NCBI GenBank assembly: GCA_963789395.1
Contig: CAWBKP010000022.1
Location: forward strand, 320,001-384,000
Reading direction: 5' to 3'
Source: an uncultured delta proteobacterium
Lineage (GTDB): Bacteria; Desulfobacterota; Desulfobacteria; Desulfobacterales; Desulfatirhabdiaceae
DNA length: 64,000 nt
The position numbers were made by a program, and so were the translations under genes. Numbering within the stretch: position 1 is the first letter of the stretch; every line of letters begins with the position of its first letter. This document shows, in pieces, positions 51,212 through 62,000 of this stretch. A model generated the notes under the pieces. That model saw nothing but the letters and a program-made list of their open reading frames with translations. It did not search any database and was not told the DNA's origin.

Positions 51212-52336
51212 CTAAAGTTCCCAGGGGGTTGCATCGCCGGATTTGAACTTGGCGGGCATTTTGAACTTGCCGGCAGTCACCGCCATTTTCACCAGCCTCA
51301 GGGTCTCGTCCCATCCCTTTTCGTTCATCAAGGTGAACGGTCCTTTTGGCCAGGCCAGAGACGTGCAGACACCCAGTTCCAGGTCTTTGACCGAAACCAC
51401 GCCTTTTTCGATCAGATGGGCGGAGATGCAGAATATGGAACCCAGCAACAGGTCGCCTACGGCGCTGCGCGCGGCCGGATCTTCCAGAATGGGGCCGTCG
51501 TTCAGGTCCCACACCTTTCCACTCTCAAAATAGGTCTTTAACTGTTCCGGAACCGGCGGGAATCCGATATCCGAATCTGCCAGGTATTCTACCATGGAAA
51601 CACCGGCATGGTAAGCTGTGCCCAGGCCCGACCCGCTTTGTACCCACATGATGCCGTATTTGACGCCCAGAACCTTTTGGGAGATATTCTCAAGCGTTGC
51701 CGCATTGTATGTGTCACCCAAAAATGAGTCGAGGACCAGGTAGCTGGTGATAAAGATTGGATTGATGGCGAAACCCGGAAAATCCATTACCGTAATCGGA
51801 ACCTTTTTATTCTGCTTTGAAAAGGCCATGAGTGCCTCGTAGGTTTCATTACTGGTCTTTTTCTGGCGGATCACTTCAACCAGACGGTTGACGTTGGCCG
51901 GGAAAAAATAGTGCAGGCCGGCGGTCCGCTCCGGATTGGCCACTTTTTCCATGAGTTTTTCAATCAGAAATGTCGACGTATTGCTCACGATAATGGTGTC
52001 TTTGGGCACCACCTTGGACAGTTCTCCGAAAATTTGAATCTTCAGATCCATTTTTTCAATGGCTGCCTCGATGATCAGATCACACACAGCCATGTCTTCG
52101 AATTTGGAAGAGCCGCTGATCATTCCGCAAATGTTATCCATATCCGCCTGCGTCATCTTCCCCAGGGACACCCTTTTGGCCAGTGCCTTCAGCACAAACT
52201 TGTCGTACATGGACGTGACCAGATCGTCGTTGAGTTCCTTGAATACGACTTTATACCCGTTGGTTGCAGCATTGAGGCCGATGGCGGCCCCCATCACACC
52301 AAAACCTATGATTCCCACCGTCTTGATTTCCTTCAT
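51212..52336 (-). CDS. 3-hydroxyacyl-CoA dehydrogenase (duplicated C-terminal domain)
   Basis: GFGVMGAAIG, EAAIE, SNTST, GLHYFFP, PGFAIN, PKGPF. Confidence 0.9.
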   Translation of the reverse strand: MKEIKTVGIIGFGVMGAAIGLNAATNGYKVVFKELNDDLVTSMYDKFVLKALAKRVSLGKMTQADMDNICGMISGSSKFEDMAVCDLIIEAAIEKMDLKIQIFGELSKVVPKDTIIVSNTSTFLIEKLMEKVANPERTAGLHYFFPANVNRLVEVIRQKKTSNETYEALMAFSKQNKKVPITVMDFPGFAINPIFITSYLVLDSFLGDTYNAATLENISQKVLGVKYGIMWVQSGSGLGTAYHAGVSMVEYLADSDIGFPPVPEQLKTYFESGKVWDLNDGPILEDPAARSAVGDLLLGSIFCISAHLIEKGVVSVKDLELGVCTSLAWPKGPFTLMNEKGWDETLRLVKMAVTAGKFKMPAKFKSGDATPWEL

Positions 52337-52726
52337 TTCACTCCTCCTTAAGTTTATGTGAGTGTAGATAATTCATCACTAAGGGTAAGCACTGCCGTCA
52401 GTCATTGAATTGATTTAAACGTTAACTGTTAATATATTTACAATTCACCGTCAATGTCAAATGAAAGTTGAAGAATTAGAGAATATCCCCGCTGCGATCC
52501 CCTCCACAAGAAAGATACCGGATCCATCCGACAAGGATGCTTATATGCATGAATAAGATTCATCGTATTAGAGAATTTATTTTATTGACATTCGTATGGT
52601 TAATTCATATGGATGTACAAGCTATAAAGTGATTATAATGTGATTGATTTGATCCCAATCAACATTCACAGAAAAAGAGCTCATAGAAAGCAATAAAGAC
52701 AGATTATCAATAACTGGAGGTTTCAC

Positions 52727-54307
52727 GTGAACTACTCGAAATACGCTGCGATACATGCCCGCCATCTTTCCGATAAAATCTGCCTTATCGAAAGAACGCC
52801 CTCAAAAGGAGAACGACGCACCCTCACATGGAAGCAATTTAATGATGCCATCAATCGAACAGCCAATTACCTGTCCAAAGAATGCAATGTTAAAGACGGT
52901 GATTATGTCATGCATCTTCAGAATAACTCTCTGGAATGGCTGATAACCTATTACGGCATTATTCGTCTGGGCGCGATCGTCGTCCCGCTGAATTTCAGAT
53001 TTGAAGGTCCGGATATTCTGTTCGCCGCAAAAGTCTGCAATCCGGACGTATTCATTCTGGGGTCTGAATTCCTGAAAGTGGTTCAACCCATTCAGAAGGA
53101 TCTGAGCACGGTGAAAACCTATATCGGTGTGGGACGGGACGTGCCGTCGGAAATGATAGATTACGGGCGTATCGCCGAATATCCCGATATTTCGGATGCG
53201 CTTGTGGATGTGGATGACCATCATGATCTGACGATGATGTTTACCTCCGGAACAACCGGCAATCCCAAACCGCTGATTCACACGCATTTTTCCTTAAAAA
53301 GCACGGCAGCCGGGAATGGCATGTCATATTTCGTCCAGAAAAATGACAATTATCTATTTTTTCTGCCCCTGTATCACAGTGGGACGATGTTTTTATGGGC
53401 GCCGTTTTATGCGACCGGAGCCACCGGCACCATCATTCGTGATTTTAAGGATCCCAAAACGATTATTGAAGCAATCGCTGAGGAAAAGTGTACGGATACG
53501 CTGTTTGTCGTTCCCATTGCCATCGCCATTTTAAATGCCATCGCCGAAAAGACGCTTTGTCTATCCGACTATGATCTGTCCTCATGGAAATACCTGGAAA
53601 TCGGAGCCCAGCCGGTTCCGTTTGACATCATGAAGAAACTTGTCGAGACGTTTCCGGCCAAGGTCTCCAATATTTACGGCATCACGGAAGGCGGCGGCGG
53701 CGGACTTTTCAACCTGTATTCAGAAGACGTGCTGAGGAAACCGGGCTCAATCGGAAAGCCGACCTACGGGGTTGAGGCGAAGATTATCGATTTTGATGGA
53801 AAAGAACTGCCTCCGGGACAGGTCGGAGAACTCCTTTTTTCTACGGACCGGATGATGAAAGGCTATCACAATAATCCGGAAATGACGGCGCAGACGCTGA
53901 AAAATGGGTGGCTGCATACCGGTGATTTGTTAAAAACAGATGAAGAAGGTTTCTATTATATCGTCGATCGCATGAAGGATATGGTGACAAGCGGCGGAGA
54001 GAATATTTTTCCGGTTGAAATCGAGGATGCGCTGATGGATCACCCGGATATCGATGATGTCGCCTGTATCGGGTATCCGGATGCCAGACTGGTTGAAATC
54101 GTCATGGCGGTTGTGCAGCTGAAACCGGGTAAAGCCATGACTGAAGAAGAACTGATCGCTTTTGCAAAAACAAAAATGGCTCTCTATAAAGTGCCGCGCA
54201 AAGTCATTTTCGATAGGGTTCTTCGCAGCCCGACAGGGAAGGTGATGAAACCCCAGTTACGTCAAAAATACACAGGTCGCAAGGAGGCCTTCCAGAAGCT
54301 GGACTGA
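52727..54307 (+). CDS. AMP-forming acyl/aryl-CoA ligase
   Basis: TSGTTGNPK, YGITE, WLHTGD, DRMKDM..SGGEN, PTGK; GTG start after GGAGG. Confidence 0.92.
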   Translation: MNYSKYAAIHARHLSDKICLIERTPSKGERRTLTWKQFNDAINRTANYLSKECNVKDGDYVMHLQNNSLEWLITYYGIIRLGAIVVPLNFRFEGPDILFAAKVCNPDVFILGSEFLKVVQPIQKDLSTVKTYIGVGRDVPSEMIDYGRIAEYPDISDALVDVDDHHDLTMMFTSGTTGNPKPLIHTHFSLKSTAAGNGMSYFVQKNDNYLFFLPLYHSGTMFLWAPFYATGATGTIIRDFKDPKTIIEAIAEEKCTDTLFVVPIAIAILNAIAEKTLCLSDYDLSSWKYLEIGAQPVPFDIMKKLVETFPAKVSNIYGITEGGGGGLFNLYSEDVLRKPGSIGKPTYGVEAKIIDFDGKELPPGQVGELLFSTDRMMKGYHNNPEMTAQTLKNGWLHTGDLLKTDEEGFYYIVDRMKDMVTSGGENIFPVEIEDALMDHPDIDDVACIGYPDARLVEIVMAVVQLKPGKAMTEEELIAFAKTKMALYKVPRKVIFDRVLRSPTGKVMKPQLRQKYTGRKEAFQKLD

Positions 54308-54407
54308 GACTATCAAGATCTTGGGTTGACCCCGGAAAGAACCGGAAAAGGCTGGACTTGGAACATATTGAAATCGGCTCATCATTATACCTTAAAGGAG
54401 GATATCA

Positions 54408-55715
54408 ATGCCCTGGAATGATACATTCGAATGCATGCCGGTTGCGGATCTTCAGAAATTCCAACTGGAAAAGCTGAAAGAGACCGTGGCGTGGGCGTAT
54501 GAAAGAGTCCCTTTTTACCGCCATAAACTGGAAGAATTAAAAATCAGGCCGGACGATATTCAGTGCCTGGAAGACATTGCCAAACTTCCCTTTACAGTCA
54601 AAAATGATCTGCGGGACAATTACCCGTTCGGACTCTGCGCGGTCCCCCTGAAAGAAGTGGTACGGGTGCACGCCTCTTCCGGAACCACCGGCAAACCCAT
54701 CACCGGCCCGTATACCGCAGATGACCTGGAACAATGGACCGAATGCATGGCCAGAACCCTGTGGTCTGCCGGCTTACGGCCGGACGATGTCGTCCAGAAT
54801 GCCTATGGACACGGACTGTTTACCGGCGGCCTCGGGTTTCACCAGGGCGCAACGCGTCTGGGCTGTACGGTCGTTCCCACAAGTTCTGGCCTGACCGAGC
54901 GCCAGATCATGCTGATGAAGGATTTCGGAGCCACCGCCCTGTTCTCGACTCCGTCCTATGCCCTGACCATCGCGGAAAGGGCTGAGGAGTTGAAAGTCAA
55001 CCTTAAAGACCTGCCGCTTCGGGTCGGTGTTTTTGGTGCAGAGCCCTGGACCATCGCCATGCGCGAGGAGATTGAGCGCCGCATGGGCATCCGGGCCAAC
55101 GAAGCCTACGGCCTGACGGAGCTTTGCGGACCCGGCGTTGCATTTGACTGCGAAGCCCAGGATGGTCTGCATATCAACGAAGACCATTTTCTGGCTGAAA
55201 TCGTGGATCCCGGCACATTCGAGCCGCTCCCGCTCGGCGAAAAAGGGGAGTTGATCTTTACCTCCCTGCAGCGCCGTGCCATGCCCATGCTGCGCTACCG
55301 GACAAAGGATATTACCTGTTTCCGCCGTGAGACCTGCGCCTGCGGCAGAACACTGCTCAAGATGGACAAGCTTTCCGGCAGAACCGATGACATGCTGATC
55401 ATCAGCGGCGTCAACGTATTTCCTTCCCAGATTGAAGCCCTGCTTCTGGAAATTCCCGAAGTGGAGCCCCAATACCGCCTGCTGGTCCGCAAAAAAGGAT
55501 ATCTGGATCATCTGGTTGTTCAGGTTGAAGGAAAAAAAGAAATCTATGAGGCCGGCGGTGAAAAGCGCCTTGAAATCGAATCCAAAGTCTCCGCCCACAT
55601 CAAGGGAATGATGGGTGTGGGCGTTGAAGTCAACATCGTCGAGCCCAAGTTTATCACCCGAAGCGAAGGAAAAGCCCTGCGGGTGGTGGACGAAAGGCCA
55701 AGGCATTTGCGCTGA
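54408..55715 (+). CDS. paaK: Phenylacetate-CoA ligase family protein
   Basis: LRDNYPFG, HASSGTTGKP, YGHGLFTGGLG, GAEPW, YGLTE, GRTDDMLII.GVNVFPSQIE. Confidence 0.9.
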   Translation: MPWNDTFECMPVADLQKFQLEKLKETVAWAYERVPFYRHKLEELKIRPDDIQCLEDIAKLPFTVKNDLRDNYPFGLCAVPLKEVVRVHASSGTTGKPITGPYTADDLEQWTECMARTLWSAGLRPDDVVQNAYGHGLFTGGLGFHQGATRLGCTVVPTSSGLTERQIMLMKDFGATALFSTPSYALTIAERAEELKVNLKDLPLRVGVFGAEPWTIAMREEIERRMGIRANEAYGLTELCGPGVAFDCEAQDGLHINEDHFLAEIVDPGTFEPLPLGEKGELIFTSLQRRAMPMLRYRTKDITCFRRETCACGRTLLKMDKLSGRTDDMLIISGVNVFPSQIEALLLEIPEVEPQYRLLVRKKGYLDHLVVQVEGKKEIYEAGGEKRLEIESKVSAHIKGMMGVGVEVNIVEPKFITRSEGKALRVVDERPRHLR

Positions 55716-55769
55716 CGCCGGATCTTTGCAGGGCCGGTCCATTGCAGTCAAAGGAAGATATAGGCTTTT

Positions 55770-57629
55770 GTGAAAAACCAATCGCATTCCGAATCTCCCA
55801 TATCGTGTCTCAGCGCTGAACAGCGCTATCGCGCGTTTCTGGAATTTATGCCGGACCCGGTATTTGTCTTTAATCTGGACAATACCGTTTCATACCTGAA
55901 CCCTGCCTTTGAAAAGGTCTTCGGATGGTCCCTGTCGGAACTCGAAGGTAAAATCATTCCCTTTGTTCCGGAATCCGCAAAAGAGCAAACCCGGCTCGGA
56001 ATCGAAAAACTCTACAGCGAAAAAGCCATTCACGGATTTGAAACCCAGCGCCTGACCCGTGACGGCAGGCTGCTGGATATCGTGGTGGACGGGGCTATTT
56101 TTTATGATGAACACTGCCGGCCAGCCGGTCAGGTGATTACCCTCCGGGATGTGACCCGTGAAAAACGGGTGGGCCGGATGAATCAGGCCCTGTTGCGTAT
56201 CGCCAATTCGCTGTATCAGTTTCGCAGGCTGGAGGACCGCCTGGAGTTCATCATCCAGGAAGTTCAGGAACTCCTGGCTGTCAGGGGCGCTTCGGTCATC
56301 CTGCTGGATGCGGAAAAACAGGAGTTTTATTTTCCCGTAGCCAATTTTGAGGATGCCGGCACCGAAGAACGCATGCGGGAAATTCGCTTCCCGGCGGACA
56401 AGGGCGTGGCCGGCCATGTGTATCGCACCGGAAAACCCCTGATTGTTCCGGACTATCCCCGCAGCCCGTATTTTTTTCCTGTCGTGGATATGAAGTCCGG
56501 CTATCAGACGCTCAATATGCTCGATGTACCCATTCAGATTCCGGAGCGGATGATCGGCGTGCTGTGCGCAGTGAATAAAAAAGAAGGCGAATTTGACCAG
56601 ACCGATGTCGAATTTTTAAGCGCCATCGCAAGCGCCGTCGCCTTTCCCATCGAAAACGCCCGCATCAACGCGGAACTTCGTCTTTCCTATGAAGAGGTCC
56701 AAACCCTGAGCCGCGCCAAGGACAGGGTGATTCATCATCTCTCTCATGAGCTGAAAACGCCGGTATCCGTCCTTTCCGCTTCATTGGGCCTGCTGGGAAA
56801 AAAAATCTCCGGGAAAAATGAAGATCCGGGCGTCCAGCGCATTCTGGAACGGGCCCAGCGCAGCCTGGCACGGATCCTGGACATGCAGTATCAGGTTCAG
56901 GATATTCTTCGGCAGCGCGATTACCGGGCCTACGATCTGCTTTCGGTGCTGATGGACAACTGCGCGGACATGCTTGAAACCCTTGCGGACGAAGCCTGTG
57001 AAGCGGGGACGGCTTCCCGGAAAATCCGGAGCCGGATTCAAGAATTGTTCGGGCCGGTGGATTCTGTTTCCGAAGAGATCCAGCTGGATGTGTTTGCCGA
57101 AAACGTCATCCGTGAACTGGAACCCCGGTTTGCCCATCGCAACTGTCGAATCCTTCGCCAGTTTGCGCCCACGCCCCCTGTTTTTATTCCCAAAGACGTG
57201 CTATATAAACTTATCGAAGGGCTTCTTCGAAACGCCATCGAAAATACCCCGGACTCTGGACTGATCGAAATCGGCATTCGCAGTCAGGCCTCCGGTTCCG
57301 AGCTCGAGATTAAGGATTACGGTATCGGCATCACTGCTGAAAACCAGAAATTGATTTTTGAAAGCCATGTCACGACCATGGAGCCGCTTCAGTATGCCAC
57401 CCGCAGCCCCTACGATTTTCACGCCGGCGGCAAGGGATTTGATCTGCTGAGGATGAAGATATTTTCCGAACGCTATCATTTCTCGATTCGCATGCGCTCC
57501 AACCGCTGCATGTATATTCCCGAAGATACGGACTTGTGTCCGGGGGATGTACGGCAATGCAGCCACTGCAACACCCTGGAGGACTGCCTGCGATCCGGCG
57601 GAACCACGATGACGGTAAGTTTTATATGA
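55770..57629 (+). CDS. PAS-GAF sensor histidine kinase with a Cys-rich insert in the ATPase domain
   Basis: YLNPAFEKVFGW (PAS), GVAG...IGVLCAVNK (GAF), LSHELKTP, NAIE, DYGIG. Confidence 0.9.
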   Translation: MKNQSHSESPISCLSAEQRYRAFLEFMPDPVFVFNLDNTVSYLNPAFEKVFGWSLSELEGKIIPFVPESAKEQTRLGIEKLYSEKAIHGFETQRLTRDGRLLDIVVDGAIFYDEHCRPAGQVITLRDVTREKRVGRMNQALLRIANSLYQFRRLEDRLEFIIQEVQELLAVRGASVILLDAEKQEFYFPVANFEDAGTEERMREIRFPADKGVAGHVYRTGKPLIVPDYPRSPYFFPVVDMKSGYQTLNMLDVPIQIPERMIGVLCAVNKKEGEFDQTDVEFLSAIASAVAFPIENARINAELRLSYEEVQTLSRAKDRVIHHLSHELKTPVSVLSASLGLLGKKISGKNEDPGVQRILERAQRSLARILDMQYQVQDILRQRDYRAYDLLSVLMDNCADMLETLADEACEAGTASRKIRSRIQELFGPVDSVSEEIQLDVFAENVIRELEPRFAHRNCRILRQFAPTPPVFIPKDVLYKLIEGLLRNAIENTPDSGLIEIGIRSQASGSELEIKDYGIGITAENQKLIFESHVTTMEPLQYATRSPYDFHAGGKGFDLLRMKIFSERYHFSIRMRSNRCMYIPEDTDLCPGDVRQCSHCNTLEDCLRSGGTTMTVSFI

Positions 57630-58423
57630 AAAACGAAAACGGGTTTTTTCGCGACATCGAAATTGAATTTTTAATCCATGAGCTCAAAGATCCGGTTTCG
57701 GTGATTGAAACGGGCATTCGAACGCTTCTGGAACGCCGAGAAACGCATGGGCCGCTTTCTGCGCGACAGGAAAAAACGCTGAAGCGCGTCTTAAGAAATG
57801 TCCAGAAAGCGCGAAGCATGATGTACGGGCTTCTGGAAATCGGGCGATCTCAGGCAGGGTGCTTTGCCTGCTCGAGCTTTCAGCTGGTGCCGACGGTTCA
57901 GGATACGTTGATGGAAGCGGTGGAGTCGGTCTGTCCCTCTGTTTTTGATCAGATCACGCTGCTCGACAGCCCGGAAGAAACCCTTGCGTTTTTATCCAGC
58001 CAATGTATCTATGTGCATATCGATTCGGAAGTCTCTCAGCTTGAGATGAATCAGGACGAAGTCAAATTCCGGCAGATTGCCGGCAATCTGATCAAAAACG
58101 CCCTGCACCATCGCAGGCAGCGCGTGGATATCGGCCTGGGCTGTCAAAATAAAATGGTGCGGATCGAGGTTTCCGATGACGGACCGGGAATCGGCGCCGA
58201 ACACCACGAAATGGTTTTTCGCAGATACACGCAGCTAAAGGCCGATGATGCGCTGTCGCGCACCGGACACGGGCTCGGGCTGGCCGGTGCATTGATTCTG
58301 GCGCAATCCATGGGCGGAACCATCGAAATCATCAGCCGGAAAGGCAAGGGCGCCACGTTTCGGCTGATGCTTCCCCTGGCGTTGAATTCTCAAGACAGGG
58401 ACGTTCCTTCATCCACACCGTAA
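57626..58423 (+). CDS. Histidine kinase without sensor domain (HisKA + HATPase)
   Basis: LIHELKDP, NLIKNA, DDGPG, GHGLGL, GKGATF; ATGA overlap with the upstream kinase. Confidence 0.9.
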   Translation: MKNENGFFRDIEIEFLIHELKDPVSVIETGIRTLLERRETHGPLSARQEKTLKRVLRNVQKARSMMYGLLEIGRSQAGCFACSSFQLVPTVQDTLMEAVESVCPSVFDQITLLDSPEETLAFLSSQCIYVHIDSEVSQLEMNQDEVKFRQIAGNLIKNALHHRRQRVDIGLGCQNKMVRIEVSDDGPGIGAEHHEMVFRRYTQLKADDALSRTGHGLGLAGALILAQSMGGTIEIISRKGKGATFRLMLPLALNSQDRDVPSSTP

Positions 58424-58449
58424 TCTTATTTTCAAGGAGACTGCAAGCA

Positions 58450-59007
58450 ATGGGCGAATCCGTATCTCATATCACAGGCAAACATATTCTGGCGGTTGAT
58501 GATGAAGAAGATGTTCTGGAAACCATCGAAGACATTCTGGAAGGGGCCAAGGTGGATCGCGCCAGGGATTATGAATCCGCTTCCCGGAAAATCCGGGACA
58601 ATATCTATGATCTGGCCATACTGGACATCATGGGGGTCAACGGGCTGCAGCTTTTAGAGGAGTCGGTCGCCCGGGGAATCCCCACGGTCATGCTGACCGC
58701 CCATGCCGTCAATCCGGAAACCCTGATGTCTTCCATCCGAAAAGGCGCCATTTCCTATCTTCCCAAGGAAATGCTGGCGGAACTGGATAGCCTGCTGAAC
58801 GAACTGCTTGACGCCAGAGCACAGGGAAAGCCGCCGTGGCGCCTCTTGTTCGACAAGCTGGGAAAATACTTTGACGAGCGGTTCGGAAGTGACTGGAAAG
58901 AAAAAGACAAGGCGTTCTGGTCGGATTTCAGCCGAACCTACCAGATCGGCAAGGGCATTCAGGAGCGGCTCCAGCATGACCCCACGATTCAGGGAAAAGG
59001 AATATAG
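58450..59007 (+). CDS. Response regulator (receiver + short C-terminal extension)
   Basis: ILAVDDE, LDIMGVNG, MLTAHA, YLPK. Confidence 0.9.
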   Translation: MGESVSHITGKHILAVDDEEDVLETIEDILEGAKVDRARDYESASRKIRDNIYDLAILDIMGVNGLQLLEESVARGIPTVMLTAHAVNPETLMSSIRKGAISYLPKEMLAELDSLLNELLDARAQGKPPWRLLFDKLGKYFDERFGSDWKEKDKAFWSDFSRTYQIGKGIQERLQHDPTIQGKGI

Positions 59008-59010
59008 AAA

Positions 59011-59072
59011 ACAGGCTGAAGACCAACGACCGAAGGCTGATGGTTTTCCTTCAACCTTCGGTCTTTAGCCTT
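59011..59072. repeat. AGGCTGA-heptamer palindromic repeat (family B); probable terminator between convergent genes
   Basis: ACAGGCTGAAGAC...GACCGAAGGCTGA-loop-TCAACCTTCGGTCTTTAGCCT. Confidence 0.7.
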
Positions 59073-62000
59073 TTACAGGATTGCCGCGTGATATTCCTGA
59101 AGGGACCTGACCTGAGGCGGCCCTTCGCGGCGCGCGGCGATCCCTTTTGCTGCCGAAATGGCGGCTGCCGTGGTGGTGATATAGGGTGTTTTGTATCGGA
59201 TCGCGGCTTTCCGGATCGCACTGCCGTCTTCCGAACTGCGCCGGCCGCTGGGGGTGTTGACGATCAGATTCACCTCGCCGTTTTTCAGGGCATCCACAAG
59301 ATCCGGCCGTCCATACCCCAGTTTTTTAACCTCCTGGGATGCAATGCCGTTTTGTTTGAAAAAATCGTGAGTCCCCCGGGTGGCCATCAACCGGAAACCC
59401 ATGTCGCGGAAAAGGCGGGCAGGCTCCATGGCCGCCTGCTTATCCAGATCCGAAACCGTGAACAGCACCCCGCCTTCCAGCGGCAGCGGCGTCTGCGTGG
59501 CTTCCTGAGCCTTGAAAAACGCGCGGCCGAAATTCCGCGAAAGCCCCAGCACCTCCCCGGTTGACCGCATTTCCGGCCCCAGCACCGGGTCCACTTCCGG
59601 AAACATGTTGAACGGAAACACCGATTCCTTCACACCGAAATGGGGAATGACAGCAGGCGTCAGGTTGAGATCCGACAGCTTTTTCCCCAGAATGATTTCG
59701 GTGGCGATTCGGGCCATGGAGATATTGCAGACCTTGGATACGATCGGAACGGTCCGGGAGGCTCTGGGATTGGCCTCCAGCACATACACCGTGTTGAAGA
59801 AAATCGCATACTGAATATTCATCAGCCCCACGACCCCCAATTCGGAAGCGATTTTCCGGGTATATTCCCGGATGGTCTCCACGTGCTTGGTCGGAATGCC
59901 GATCGTGGGAATGACGCAGGCCGAATCACCCGAATGAATGCCGGCAAGCTCAATATGCTCCATGACAGCGGGAACAAACGCATCGGTGCCGTCCGCGATG
60001 GCGTCCGCTTCGGCCTCGATGGCGTTGTCGAGAAATTTATCGATATAAATGGGCCGCTCCGGTGAAACCGCCACGGCAACTTTCATATAATGCCGCAGCA
60101 TTTCCTCGTCATGAACAATTTCCATGGCCCGTCCGCCCAGAACATAAGAAGGCCGGACGATCAGCGGATATCCGATGGCTGTGGCAATGGCAAGGGCCTC
60201 ATCGGCTGTTCCGGCCAGTCCGGATTCGGGTTGAGGAATGGCCATCCGCCGCATGATCCGGCTGAAACGCTCCCTGTCTTCGGCCAGGTCGATGGTTTCA
60301 GGGCTGGTTCCCAGGATTTTCACGCCGGCTGCCGCCAGTTCGGCGGCGATGTTCAGGGGAGTCTGCCCGCCGAACTGAACGATCACGCCTTCGGGACGCT
60401 CTTTTTCATAAATGCTGAGGACGTCTTCAACGGTCAGGGGCTCAAAATAGAGCTTGTCGGAGGTATCGTAATCCGTGGATACGGTTTCCGGGTTGCAGTT
60501 GACCATGATGGATTCGTAGCCTGCATCCCGTATGGCGAATGCGGCATGGACGCAGCAGTAGTCAAATTCGATTCCCTGCCCGATGCGATTTGGCCCGCCG
60601 CCAAGCACCATGATTTTCTTCCGGCTGCTGACCGGCACGCTGTCCGGCGCATTGTAGGTTGAAAAATAATAGGCTGCGTTTTCCACACCGCTGACAGGCA
60701 CCGCTTCCCATGCTTCGGCCATGCCGGCGGCCTTTCGCCGGCTGCGCACCTGTTCCTCTGGAATCTCCAGTATCTTTGCCAGATATTTGTCGGCAAATCC
60801 GTCTTTTTTTGCCAGGATCAGCAGATCATCCGGAAGCGCTTTTCCTTTGTACTTCAGGATGTCATTTTCAAGCGACACAAGCTCTTTCATCTGCTCTAGA
60901 AACCAAGGCTTGATATGCGTTTTTTCGTAAAGGGTTGTTAAATCCGCGCCTTTTCGAATCGCCTCATAAAGAATAAACTGCCGCTCGCTGGACGGGGTTC
61001 CCAGCATGGCCATCAGGCTGTTTAAAGGCTGCTGGTGAAAATCCTTGGCAAACCCCAGTCCGTAACGGCCGATTTCAAGAGAGCGAATGGCTTTTTGAAG
61101 GGCTTCCTTGTAATTTTTACCGATGCTCATGACTTCGCCCACAGCGCGCATCTGGGTGCCCAGACGGTCTTCGACGCCGGGAAATTTTTCAAATGCCCAT
61201 CTGGCGAACTTGACCACCACATAGTCGCCGGACGGGGTGTACTTTTCAAGGGTTCCGTCTCTCCAGTAGGGGATTTCATCCAGGGTCATGCCGCCTGCCA
61301 GCAGTGAGGACACCTGGGCGATGGGAAATCCGGTGGCTTTGGAAGCAAGGGCCGAAGACCGCGAGGTTCGGGGGTTGATTTCGATCACTACCACCCGACC
61401 CGTCTTTGGATCATGGGCGAACTGGACATTGGTGCCGCCGATGACTTCAATGGCTTCTACAATCCGGTAGGAATAATCCTGAAGCTTTTTTTGAAGTTCC
61501 GGCGATATGGTCAGCATGGGGGCCGTGCAGTAGCTGTCTCCGGTATGAATGCCCATGGCGTCCACATTCTCGATAAAGCAGACGGTGATCATCTGGTTTT
61601 TGGCATCCCGGACCACCTCCAGCTCCAGCTCTTCCCAGCCCAGAACCGATTCCTCCACCAGTATCTGATGCACCCGGCTGGCGGCAAGGCCCCGCGCCGC
61701 AATCACCCGAAGCTCTTCGACATTGTAAACCAGACCACCGCCGGTTCCGCCCATGGTATAGGCAGGACGGATCACCACCGGATAACCCAGGCTCTCGGCA
61801 GTTTTTTCAGCATCTTCAACCGTGTTCACCGCCTGGCTGCGGGGCATTTCAATGCCCAGTCGATTCATGGTTTCCTTGAACGCCGTCCGGTCCTCGCCGC
61901 GTTCGATGGCATCGATATTGACTCCGATGACCTTGACCCCGTATTCGGCCAGAACGCCGCCGGCATACAGCTCAGAGGCCAGATTCAGCGCCGTCTGACC

